Shown: positions 26,188-33,995 of the stretch, piece after piece
Position numbering within the stretch: position 1 is the stretch's first letter
Layout: every line of letters begins with the position of its first letter
NCBI GenBank assembly: GCA_046350615.1
Contig: JAXMAA010000002.1
Location: 85,204-149,203, forward strand
DNA from: Candidatus Saccharimonadales bacterium
GTDB taxonomy: Bacteria > Patescibacteriota > Saccharimonadia > Saccharimonadales > UBA7683
Reading direction: 5' to 3'
DNA: 64,000 nt
Notes under the pieces: model-generated
The model's database searches: none
Told to the model about the DNA's origin: nothing
What the model saw: only the letters and a program-made list of their open reading frames with translations
Translations under genes and position numbers: made by a program

Positions 26188-28604
26188 GTGCCCGACTAAA
26201 CCTTCATAGCCCGCGTGCCCGTAAGGCTCGAATGAGTCTGTTGTTTGATAGTAAGCCGCTGAGAGTTGCCTGCCTGGTGATTGCATTCAGCTCATTGGCT
26301 GGGTGGCTCTACAGCGCTATTTTCATGCATATGCCTTTGGCGCACCTTCTGCTTTGTGTTGCGGCTTCTACACTCATTCCGGTTCTTTGGTATCACGGTG
26401 AGCTGAAATTACTTCCACCTATAGCCGATCTTGGCTCTGAGGCGCCGTTTGAACAATTACTAGAGCGCAAGTTGCTTGGCTCACTTTCTGGATCTGTTAC
26501 CGCTGCACAATTGGCGGAGAAGGTAAATAAAATAGCTGGCGGCCGCTTCTTCGCAAGCCGCTACGCAATTGATTTTGAGTTTTTAAAGAAGATGCTCGAA
26601 GGACAGCCGGATGTCGACATGGTGCTGGAATCTGCTCGCCAGCTGGCAGCGGGTATTGAACATGAAACTGAGATTTCAGCCGCGGCAGTGAGTGCAGCGT
26701 TAATCTTTAGCTTGCCAGAATACCAGTTTTATCTTGCCCAGCTTCAACTCGATAAAGAAGACATTCTCGCAGGGATCAACTGGCAGGCACATATCACAGG
26801 CGTGTTTAAGCGGATTTCCGAGCATCAAAGCGCCGGAGGATTGGGCCGTGATTTGAGTTTTGGCTGGGCACCACTTCTTAATCGGGTCGGTATCAATATC
26901 AGCGAAGGCGTAAGCCGAGGTGGTATTTTGCATCGCGAACTGGAGGGTCATGAAGATGCGATAAAACAAATGGTGCATCTGTTGGCGCAACCCGGGCGAC
27001 GCAATGCAGCCTTGGTGGGGCAGGTCGGCGTTGGTAAAACCACACTGGTATATGCGTTGGCCCAGCGACTGTTAGCAGCACCCAAAGCCGTTGATCCGCA
27101 ACTACGTTATCGTCAAATTATTGAGCTTGATGCATCAAGCCTTATTTCACGCGCTAAGGGCCGCGGAGAACTTGAGAATCTTTTAATACGGCTTTTTAAC
27201 GAGGCTATTCATGCGAATAATATCATTATTTTTCTTGATGAAGCACAGCTCTTTTTGCAAGATGGAACTGGTTCGGTGGATCTTTCCAGCATTCTTTTGC
27301 CAGTGCTGGAAGGCGGCCGTTTGCAGATTATTCTGGCGATGGACGATCAACAATGGTTGCGTCTCAGCCAGGTAAGTCCGGGCCTCGCGCAGCTTATGAA
27401 TAGGGTGGTTGTCAGTCCGCTCGATCAGACTGACACAATGCGGGTGATGGAAGACCAGATACTGCTTTTGGAGGGCAAAAATCCAGTTGTGTATATGCAC
27501 CAAGGCCTTAAAGAAGCCTATAAACTTGCTGAACGATTTATTCGTGATCAAGCGTTTCCAGGAAAGGCTATTCGCTTGCTTGAGGCAGCTGCAGGTTTTG
27601 CTGAGCAAGAACACTTCATTACCGAAAAGTCAGTTCAACAAGCAGTAGAAAAAAGCTTTGATGTAAAGGTGCAAACAGCCAGTAGTAGCGAAGAGCGAGA
27701 TACGCTGCTTAATCTTGAGGGTCGTATTCATGAGCGCATGATTAATCAAACAAGAGCTGTGCAGGTGGTGAGTGATGCGCTGCGCCGGGCTCGGGCCGGT
27801 GTGCGCAATCAAAATAAGCCCATAGGTACCTTTCTATTTCTTGGTCCTACTGGTGTGGGTAAAACGGAGCTTTCCAAGAGCCTTGCAGCAGTGTACTTTG
27901 GCGGCGAAGACCGTCTTATTCGGGTTGATCTCAATGAGTACTCGCAGGCCTCCGATGTTTCAAGATTGTTAGAAGTAGGTTCGGCCAATAGCGGCAGCCT
28001 CACGGCACAAATTGCCAAGCAGCCGTTCTCGGTGGTGCTTCTGGACGAAATTGAAAAAGCACACCCCAACGTGCTCAATGTCTTGCTGCAGCTACTGGAT
28101 GAAGGCATGTTGCGTGATAGCCAGAACAAACCAGTCAGCTTTCGTGATGCTATTGTTATTGCTACCAGTAATGCCGGAGCTGATAAAATCCGCCAGCATA
28201 TTCAAGCGGGCGAGCAGTTAGAACAGTTTGAAGATCAATTCATTGACGAGCTGATAGATTCCAACATCTTCCGCCCGGAATTTCTTAACCGCTTTGACGA
28301 AACCGTGCTGTTTAGGCCTCTGACAGTTGAAGAGCTCACACAAGTTGTCGATTTGATCGTTCTTGGCATTAACAAAACTCTTGCAGCGCAAAAGGTGTCA
28401 GTAAAACTAACAGATCAAGCAAAGCGTTTCCTGGCAGAAGCCGGCTACGACCCACGCCTTGGCGCTCGCCCTTTGCGCCGCGTGACCCAGCGCTCAATCG
28501 AAAATATCTTGGCCCAAAAACTCCTTTCAAACCAAGCAATGCCCGGCACCACCATCGAACTCGATGCTCCAGAGCTGCAAGCCGCACTTAGCCAAAGAAC
28601 GTAA
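26184..28604 (+). CDS. membrane-anchored two-ring AAA+ ATPase of the ClpA/ClpB family
   Basis: The start is taken at the ATG at 26184 (ATGA overlap). There are N-terminal TM segments. D1 has GQVGVGKTT and IIIFLDEAQ; D2 has GPTGVGKTE, VVLLDEIEKAH and GARPLRR. Confidence 0.8.
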   Translation: MSARLNLHSPRARKARMSLLFDSKPLRVACLVIAFSSLAGWLYSAIFMHMPLAHLLLCVAASTLIPVLWYHGELKLLPPIADLGSEAPFEQLLERKLLGSLSGSVTAAQLAEKVNKIAGGRFFASRYAIDFEFLKKMLEGQPDVDMVLESARQLAAGIEHETEISAAAVSAALIFSLPEYQFYLAQLQLDKEDILAGINWQAHITGVFKRISEHQSAGGLGRDLSFGWAPLLNRVGINISEGVSRGGILHRELEGHEDAIKQMVHLLAQPGRRNAALVGQVGVGKTTLVYALAQRLLAAPKAVDPQLRYRQIIELDASSLISRAKGRGELENLLIRLFNEAIHANNIIIFLDEAQLFLQDGTGSVDLSSILLPVLEGGRLQIILAMDDQQWLRLSQVSPGLAQLMNRVVVSPLDQTDTMRVMEDQILLLEGKNPVVYMHQGLKEAYKLAERFIRDQAFPGKAIRLLEAAAGFAEQEHFITEKSVQQAVEKSFDVKVQTASSSEERDTLLNLEGRIHERMINQTRAVQVVSDALRRARAGVRNQNKPIGTFLFLGPTGVGKTELSKSLAAVYFGGEDRLIRVDLNEYSQASDVSRLLEVGSANSGSLTAQIAKQPFSVVLLDEIEKAHPNVLNVLLQLLDEGMLRDSQNKPVSFRDAIVIATSNAGADKIRQHIQAGEQLEQFEDQFIDELIDSNIFRPEFLNRFDETVLFRPLTVEELTQVVDLIVLGINKTLAAQKVSVKLTDQAKRFLAEAGYDPRLGARPLRRVTQRSIENILAQKLLSNQAMPGTTIELDAPELQAALSQRT

Positions 28605-28609
28605 GTTGG

Positions 28610-29014
28610 CTAAATTTTCAGCAGAGCTGTTTTTAGATCCTCGGTGGTCCGCCATTGCTGATAATTATGCACCAGACGTGGCAAATAGGTAGAGCCTTCT
28701 GCCGAGATGTGCTCCAATAAATAAACTGGCTTTGATTGGCTCAGTGCGACGCCGATCTCCATTATCTGGCCAATGCTACGGTTGGGCGAAGCTATGACTG
28801 CAACAACGGCTTCACTTTGCTGAATGTTTTTAAAAGCTTCTTGAAAAATACCTTTGATATCGTTGGCAGCCTGTAGCTCATCAACAATCGGATCGAAACG
28901 GTTGCAGTAAGCCGTGTGTCCATTACTCTCTAGTGTATCGACTACCAAACGCATGCGCTCGGTAAGCACAGCTATGTCTTCGCCAGTAAACGCATATGCA
29001 CAAAAAAGTTTCAT
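28610..29014 (-). CDS. nucleoside 2-deoxyribosyltransferase-like protein
   Basis: 134 aa. It has an MKLFCAYAF N-terminus and AVVAVIASPNRSIGQIMEIGVALSQSKPVYLL, resembling the family's conserved Glu-containing helix. Confidence 0.45.
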   Translation of the reverse strand: MKLFCAYAFTGEDIAVLTERMRLVVDTLESNGHTAYCNRFDPIVDELQAANDIKGIFQEAFKNIQQSEAVVAVIASPNRSIGQIMEIGVALSQSKPVYLLEHISAEGSTYLPRLVHNYQQWRTTEDLKTALLKI

Positions 29015-29050
29015 AATCTCTATGGTACAGCATTATTGCACAGGCTAGAA

Positions 29051-29542
29051 TTACTTCGTACCTCGAGCCTTTAGTTTGAAAGCAGTGAGGACCTTTCTTT
29101 GCTGCCAGTCTCCGTTTGGGAACATATCAATAAGCGCAAGATTATCAATTAGTATTTCATCTTTAATATTGAGACGCGCTGTTTTCTGAGTGGTACAGTG
29201 AGGTAGAAAACCTTCTCTTGTAAACTCTGGAACATTAAATTGCGCTCCATTCGTTTCAAGCAGGTCAATTAAGGCTGTATGAAGCTTTCGTAGGCTAGTG
29301 GTGTTATCTAACAGGGTTACCTTTGTAGTTCCTAGTACCGTCTCTTTGTTTGCAAAAGTCTTAAGTGCTGGCTGCTTCTCAAGCAATTCTTTTAACTTGG
29401 CTTGTATGTCTAGGCTATTTCTCTCGATAGAGAACACGTCAGCTAATGTAACATGCAGTGGCCAGCCTTCCACTGAAAATTCTGTGTTAACTTCGATAGG
29501 ATCAATGAATGAGACTAAGCAGTATTTCTGAGAGTATTGCAT
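29051..29542 (-). CDS. 2H phosphoesterase superfamily protein (LigT / 2'-5' RNA ligase-like)
   Basis: 163 aa with two HxT/S motifs (HVTL and HCTT) at the expected spacing. Confidence 0.55.
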   Translation of the reverse strand: MQYSQKYCLVSFIDPIEVNTEFSVEGWPLHVTLADVFSIERNSLDIQAKLKELLEKQPALKTFANKETVLGTTKVTLLDNTTSLRKLHTALIDLLETNGAQFNVPEFTREGFLPHCTTQKTARLNIKDEILIDNLALIDMFPNGDWQQRKVLTAFKLKARGTK

Positions 29543-29600
29543 AGAAGTATATTAGCGAACAAAAAGAATTCTGATACAAGGTCTTTAAGCATAAGCAATT

Positions 29601-29677
29601 TGGTACCTCGGGCAGGATTCGAACCTGCGACACGCGGGATAGAAGCCCGCTGCTCTAATCCACTGAGCTACCGAGGC
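29601..29677 (-). tRNA. tRNA-Arg(TCT)
   Basis: The cloverleaf is GCCTCGG TA GCTC AGTGGATTA GAGC A GCGGG CTTCTAT CCCGC GTGTC GCAGG TTCGAAT CCTGC CCGAGGT A CCA. It has a G1-U72 wobble pair. Confidence 0.9.
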
Positions 29678-29728
29678 GCGTAGTTTTAACTGTTAATGAT
29701 AGAAGTAAGTTCTGTGCGAGCGGCTAAT

Positions 29729-29802
29729 CTCAGTAGTCTGGTGGATTAGAGCAGCTCTATTTTATTCTATCGGCTTCGCCTAGGCACTGAGCTACCGAGG
29801 CG
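29729..29802. repeat. tRNA-Arg-derived fragments (one inverted, one direct)
   Basis: 29785-29802 (CACTGAGCTACCGAGGCG) is an exact copy of 29661-29678. 29741-29755 (GTGGATTAGAGCAGC) is the exact reverse complement of 29649-29663. CTCAGT lies at 29729-29734. Confidence 0.8.
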
Positions 29803-29889
29803 TGATGTCAGAGAAATACTCTCAACAGAAGTTATTGTAGCATGTTCATATATATTGAACCAACATGCATCATTTGTTAGACTTATATA

Positions 29890-30549
29890 GTGAATATGAA
29901 AAAAGCTGATGCGATAGCGCTGAGAGATGCTGGTTATTCGTACTCAATCATTTCAAAACGATTGAATATTGCTAAGAGCACCTTGAGCAGCTGGTTTAGA
30001 GATCGCCCATTTACGCCAAATGAAGAAACGCTCGCAAGTGCTCGTTCAGGACGCTTGTCTTACGGTTTACTCAAGAAGCAACAGCGAGAAGATGAGACAA
30101 AGCGGCTGATTGAAAAGGGCAGAGAGGAGGTAGGTACTATATTAAAACGTGATCTTTGGATGGCGGGGCTGGGTTTGTGGCTTGGCGAAGGGGCTAAGAC
30201 CAACGAACAGTTGCGTCTTGCCAACTCCGACCCACGGATTATCCAGTTGTGGATGCGTTGGTTACGTGAAGTATGTGATTTAAATGACCAGAACATCACT
30301 GTTCGCATGCACTTGTACAGCGACAGTGACCAAAGTGAGTGCCAAGATTTCTGGAGTTCAGTGACTGGTTTAGGTGAGCGCTCTTTTAGAAAAACGCAAA
30401 TCGATACACGGCTTCAGAAGGTGAAGGGTAAAAAAGGGAATTTGCCATACGGGACGTTGCACGTAAGCGTAGTGGGCAATGGAAACCCTGACTTTGGCGT
30501 TCGATTGTTTCGTAAAATGAACGGATGGTTATCTGCTATACTGGCATAA
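29890..30549 (+). CDS. HTH plus LAGLIDADG-like putative homing endonuclease
   Basis: 219 aa. It has an N-terminal HTH (GYSYSIISKRLNIAKSTLSSWF) and LWMAGLGLWLGEGAK, which resembles a single LAGLIDADG motif. The assignment is tentative. Confidence 0.4.
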   Translation: MNMKKADAIALRDAGYSYSIISKRLNIAKSTLSSWFRDRPFTPNEETLASARSGRLSYGLLKKQQREDETKRLIEKGREEVGTILKRDLWMAGLGLWLGEGAKTNEQLRLANSDPRIIQLWMRWLREVCDLNDQNITVRMHLYSDSDQSECQDFWSSVTGLGERSFRKTQIDTRLQKVKGKKGNLPYGTLHVSVVGNGNPDFGVRLFRKMNGWLSAILA

Positions 30550-30558
30550 GGCCGTTAT

Positions 30559-30633
30559 GCGGGTGTGGTATAACGTTTATTACTCCTGCCTTCCAAGCAG
30601 GCAACGCGAGTTAGACTCTCGCCACCCGCACCA
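30559..30633 (+). tRNA. tRNA-Gly(TCC) with atypical D- and T-loops
   Basis: The cloverleaf is GCGGGTG TG GTAT AACGTTTA TTAC T CCTGC CTTCCAA GCAGG CAAC GCGAG TTAGACT CTCGC CACCCGC A CCA. The D-loop has no GG, and the T-loop is TTA instead of TTC. Confidence 0.8.
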
Positions 30634-30683
30634 GGTTTAATGTATAAGACTACACGCTCCAATAAGGACTACACTTTACTACT

Positions 30684-31328
30684 ATGCGTTTTAGGCACAA
30701 AAAAGGCAGTTCACTTACAAGCGGTTCGCATAGGGCGAGTCGAGGTGTACTGCTTATTGTTTCAATTGCTGCCTTTGCAGCAGGCATATATTTACTTATC
30801 CTTGTGCTTACGCCAAATATTCCGTTTCTCTTTCCGGTTGAAGAGATTAACGCTAAGCAGCTTCCAAAACCAGCTGAAAATAGAGTATATATTCCAAAAA
30901 TTGGCGTCAATGTACCGCTGTTGACTGGTGGTGCCGAGGCGCTTGAAAAAGGATCTTGGCATCGGTTCCCGGAGCGTGGTGATCCTGTTGAGGGTGGTAA
31001 CTTTATTGTCAGCGCCCATCGGTTTAGTCTCGGCGCGACTCCCGGCAAAACGCGCCAAAAATCACCGTTTTACCACATTGATAAGCTTGATGTGGGTGAT
31101 CAGATTATCGTCGATTTTGATGGAAAACGATATGGCTATGAGATCACTACGCACGAAGAGGTAAAGCCGACACAGGTAGAGATTGAGGCTCAGATTACAT
31201 CTAGCCAGCCAGTGCGACTAACGCTTTACACCTGCACACTCAAGGGCGAAACCGATGGCCGGGAAGTCTTTTTTGCCAAACCACTGGGTGAAGTTGATGA
31301 AAATGGCAATGTTGCCAGAACAGATTGA
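30684..31328 (+). CDS. sortase (transpeptidase), probably class E-like
   Basis: 214 aa. It has an N-terminal TM anchor, the catalytic His in VSAHR and the catalytic Cys in LTLYTCT. The class assignment is inferred from the LAGTG substrate in this window. Confidence 0.8.
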   Translation: MRFRHKKGSSLTSGSHRASRGVLLIVSIAAFAAGIYLLILVLTPNIPFLFPVEEINAKQLPKPAENRVYIPKIGVNVPLLTGGAEALEKGSWHRFPERGDPVEGGNFIVSAHRFSLGATPGKTRQKSPFYHIDKLDVGDQIIVDFDGKRYGYEITTHEEVKPTQVEIEAQITSSQPVRLTLYTCTLKGETDGREVFFAKPLGEVDENGNVARTD

Positions 31329-31389
31329 ATTTCATAATTTGCACCCGCTAAATGCTTATGCTACACTCCATCTAAGGAATGCATCAAAG

Positions 31390-31998
31390 ATGAAAACACA
31401 TGAAAAAGTAAAGAATTATCTGCATGCGTTATTGCCAAGTAGTGCTTGGCTTGCAGGAGTTGCTGGTGTAGTGGTGCTGCTAATCGCGTACTTTTTTGTA
31501 GCACAGTACTCCGATGTATTTATAGAACGAGAGGGTATTGGTGCTTTTGAGACTGCGGGTCAAAACCCATTAGCAAGATTTCTTTTTTATACACCATGGG
31601 CAATGTGGGTAGATCGAGCGCTCGACTTCTTGTTTTGGGGAGTAATTGCGGCAATTGTTATTGTACTTGCTTGGGCGGTGGGAGCTTCAAAGACAAGCTT
31701 CGCAAACCATAAACTGGTAGAGAAGTTTCAAAATTTTAATGCCGATGCCCGTCAGTGGAACCAAAGCTTTATGGTTGCAGTTATCTTAAGAGTGCTTTTG
31801 GCCTTCATCGGGCTCTATCTGCTGGGTGCGGTAATTACACGATTTGTGCCGAATCTTTCGTTAGCAGTAGACACCATTTTATATAAGAGAACACTCGGCA
31901 ACATTTTGGACGGTTTCCTAAAAGCATTCTTTTTGTGGCTTGCAGTGGCTGCAATTATCAGCTGCATAAAAATCTTCCGCCATATCGAAATAGACTAA
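31390..31998 (+). CDS. multi-pass membrane protein
   Basis: The start is taken at the ATG at 31390 (MKTHEKV...), downstream of the sortase stop. There are four hydrophobic segments. Confidence 0.45.
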   Translation: MKTHEKVKNYLHALLPSSAWLAGVAGVVVLLIAYFFVAQYSDVFIEREGIGAFETAGQNPLARFLFYTPWAMWVDRALDFLFWGVIAAIVIVLAWAVGASKTSFANHKLVEKFQNFNADARQWNQSFMVAVILRVLLAFIGLYLLGAVITRFVPNLSLAVDTILYKRTLGNILDGFLKAFFLWLAVAAIISCIKIFRHIEID

Positions 31999-32021
31999 CT
32001 CCAATCACAAAATAGCCACCC

Positions 32022-32103
32022 CCGTCACCCCGGCCGAAGCGAAGGGATCTAGTAAACTCCATAGCAGATTAAGGTAGATCTTTCTACTGCGCTCAAGATG
32101 ACA
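32022..32103 (+). repeat. CGTCAyCC...AAGATGACA intergenic repeat, short copy
   Basis: It aligns with 37431-37538. Shared blocks are CCGAAG, GATCTAGTAAAC, ATCTTTCT and ACTGCGC-CAAGATGACA. Confidence 0.65.
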
Positions 32104-32229
32104 AACTATGGATATCTGTTTTGTAATTCGGGTAGACTAAGCTGATAATATATTCGAAAAAAGCATTGTATTTTCTATAACGCTTGTGGTACTATCAACT
32201 CAGAAATCTAAAAACAAACAGGAAGCCCC

Positions 32230-33924
32230 ATGAAAATAGATCTCTCTGAAGTCAATAAGAAACCGGCTAAGTCTTCAAAAGAAATGGAGAATAGGCTCAC
32301 AAAAGCACTGCACGCAAAATTCAAGAAGCATTTGAACAAACAAAAAGGTCCAGCTCGTGATACAGAAGGTAAGTTTACTTCTGGTTCAGGTGGTCTCAAG
32401 ATTGCTAAGAAACTGAATAACAAGCGAGCCCTATCAGTGATCGTCGTAGTTTCGCTAATTGGTGGTTTGTTTGTTTTCCAGAGCTTTGCTGCATCAAGTG
32501 CGAATAAAGCTAAGGTTGTATCATGGTACCGCACGTGTCTTAACCGTGAGCCCGAATCTCAAAGTGCTGTTGATACTTGGGCTGGCCAGCTAGACAAATA
32601 CCCAAAGAGCGAGTGGACTATCGCTGCTGATTTTATGAAAAGAGCCGGTGTTACATCTTGCAACTATCCTAATACCTCAAAGGCTCCTGTGGCTACCAGT
32701 ACTACAGCACAGAAACCCGCGGCGACCTCAGGATCTAGCTCTAATCAGGTGCCAGCTGCAACATCGGGTTCAAGCAACTCGACTAGTCCAAATGCCCAGG
32801 GTGCTAGCATGACTTCCGCACAGGTCGTCGCTTTGTATAAAGAGATTCTGGGCCGAGACCCAAGCCAATCCGAGATCAATTCTTGGGTAGAAAGAAGCAA
32901 AACCTGGACCCCTGCTCAAATTAAGGCCCACCTTCAGCAAAGCAGTGAAGGCTTTAAAACAAACATTGCGGCCAAACTTCAAGAAGCCCAGGCGTGGAAG
33001 ACTTTAGCCGACGCCCATGTAACCAACGCCAAGACCTACAATGACCAAACCTACAAGCTCTCTACCCAGACTGTCGTTTCCAAAGAAAACCTCGATACTA
33101 TCTCCCAGCGTGTTGGCTCTGTCCGTAGCGCTATCGGTCAGGTTAACAGCGGCCTCAGTACTATCAATGACAGCTCTCAGAAGGCTGCTGCCATTGGCGC
33201 AGCCGAAACCTCTCAGTTCCAAACCATTGCTAGGTCTCTTGCTAGCAGCCTCCAGCAACTGAGCGGCTACCTGAAGAACATTGAGAATGACTATGCCCGT
33301 GCAGAGAAGACTTATAAGGCTAACCTCGGGTTTTTCGAACAACTCCTTGAGCGTCAACGAAAAGAGCAAGATTGTCGATCTAAGGGCGGTACGCCAACCT
33401 GGAATGGCGGATGTGATATACCTCCTGCTATCGTGCCGGTTAACCCAGGCCGTGGGCCAGGATCTGGAGGTTCAAGTACCTCATCTGGCAACTCTAGCAT
33501 TGCGGCACCAAGCGATAATGGAGGCGGACAGGTTGGAGACTCAAGCACGGCAGATTCAGCAAACACAAGCAACAACACCCAGAGCTGCTATTTATTAGGC
33601 CACAGAGATGGGGTCGAGTACTACGCCGATGCTACGACCAAATATCAGCGAACATACAGCTGGATTAAAAATTCCAGCGGCAGGTGTGTGAAGCGACATA
33701 GCGCATGGGTGGTCATGGCGACAGCTCGGCCCAGAAGAAATTGTCCAGCCAGGGAGTACGACACGAGAACTACTACTAAGTATTGGCCAAATATTTTTGG
33801 AACCACAGTTTACCAACTAAGACAACGCTCGAATGATTGGGATGGATTTAGGGAAAAGTGTACCCATGGTAATTGGTCGAAATGGAAAGATGTGGATAAG
33901 ACAACCTACGACAGATACAACTAA
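32230..33924 (+). CDS. secreted or anchored protein with two DUF4214-like repeats, a Ser/Thr-rich linker and a coiled-coil region
   Basis: 564 aa. It has an N-terminal TM/signal segment. VVSWYRTCLNREPESQSAVDTWAGQL and VVALYKEILGRDPSQSEINSWVER match the DUF4214 pattern. Confidence 0.5.
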   Translation: MKIDLSEVNKKPAKSSKEMENRLTKALHAKFKKHLNKQKGPARDTEGKFTSGSGGLKIAKKLNNKRALSVIVVVSLIGGLFVFQSFAASSANKAKVVSWYRTCLNREPESQSAVDTWAGQLDKYPKSEWTIAADFMKRAGVTSCNYPNTSKAPVATSTTAQKPAATSGSSSNQVPAATSGSSNSTSPNAQGASMTSAQVVALYKEILGRDPSQSEINSWVERSKTWTPAQIKAHLQQSSEGFKTNIAAKLQEAQAWKTLADAHVTNAKTYNDQTYKLSTQTVVSKENLDTISQRVGSVRSAIGQVNSGLSTINDSSQKAAAIGAAETSQFQTIARSLASSLQQLSGYLKNIENDYARAEKTYKANLGFFEQLLERQRKEQDCRSKGGTPTWNGGCDIPPAIVPVNPGRGPGSGGSSTSSGNSSIAAPSDNGGGQVGDSSTADSANTSNNTQSCYLLGHRDGVEYYADATTKYQRTYSWIKNSSGRCVKRHSAWVVMATARPRRNCPAREYDTRTTTKYWPNIFGTTVYQLRQRSNDWDGFREKCTHGNWSKWKDVDKTTYDRYN

Positions 33925-33995
33925 CCTTCCTTAGAAGCAGTCATCCGACACCTCCTCAAAGAAATACACATTTTGGTAAACAGGATTGAGTGACT

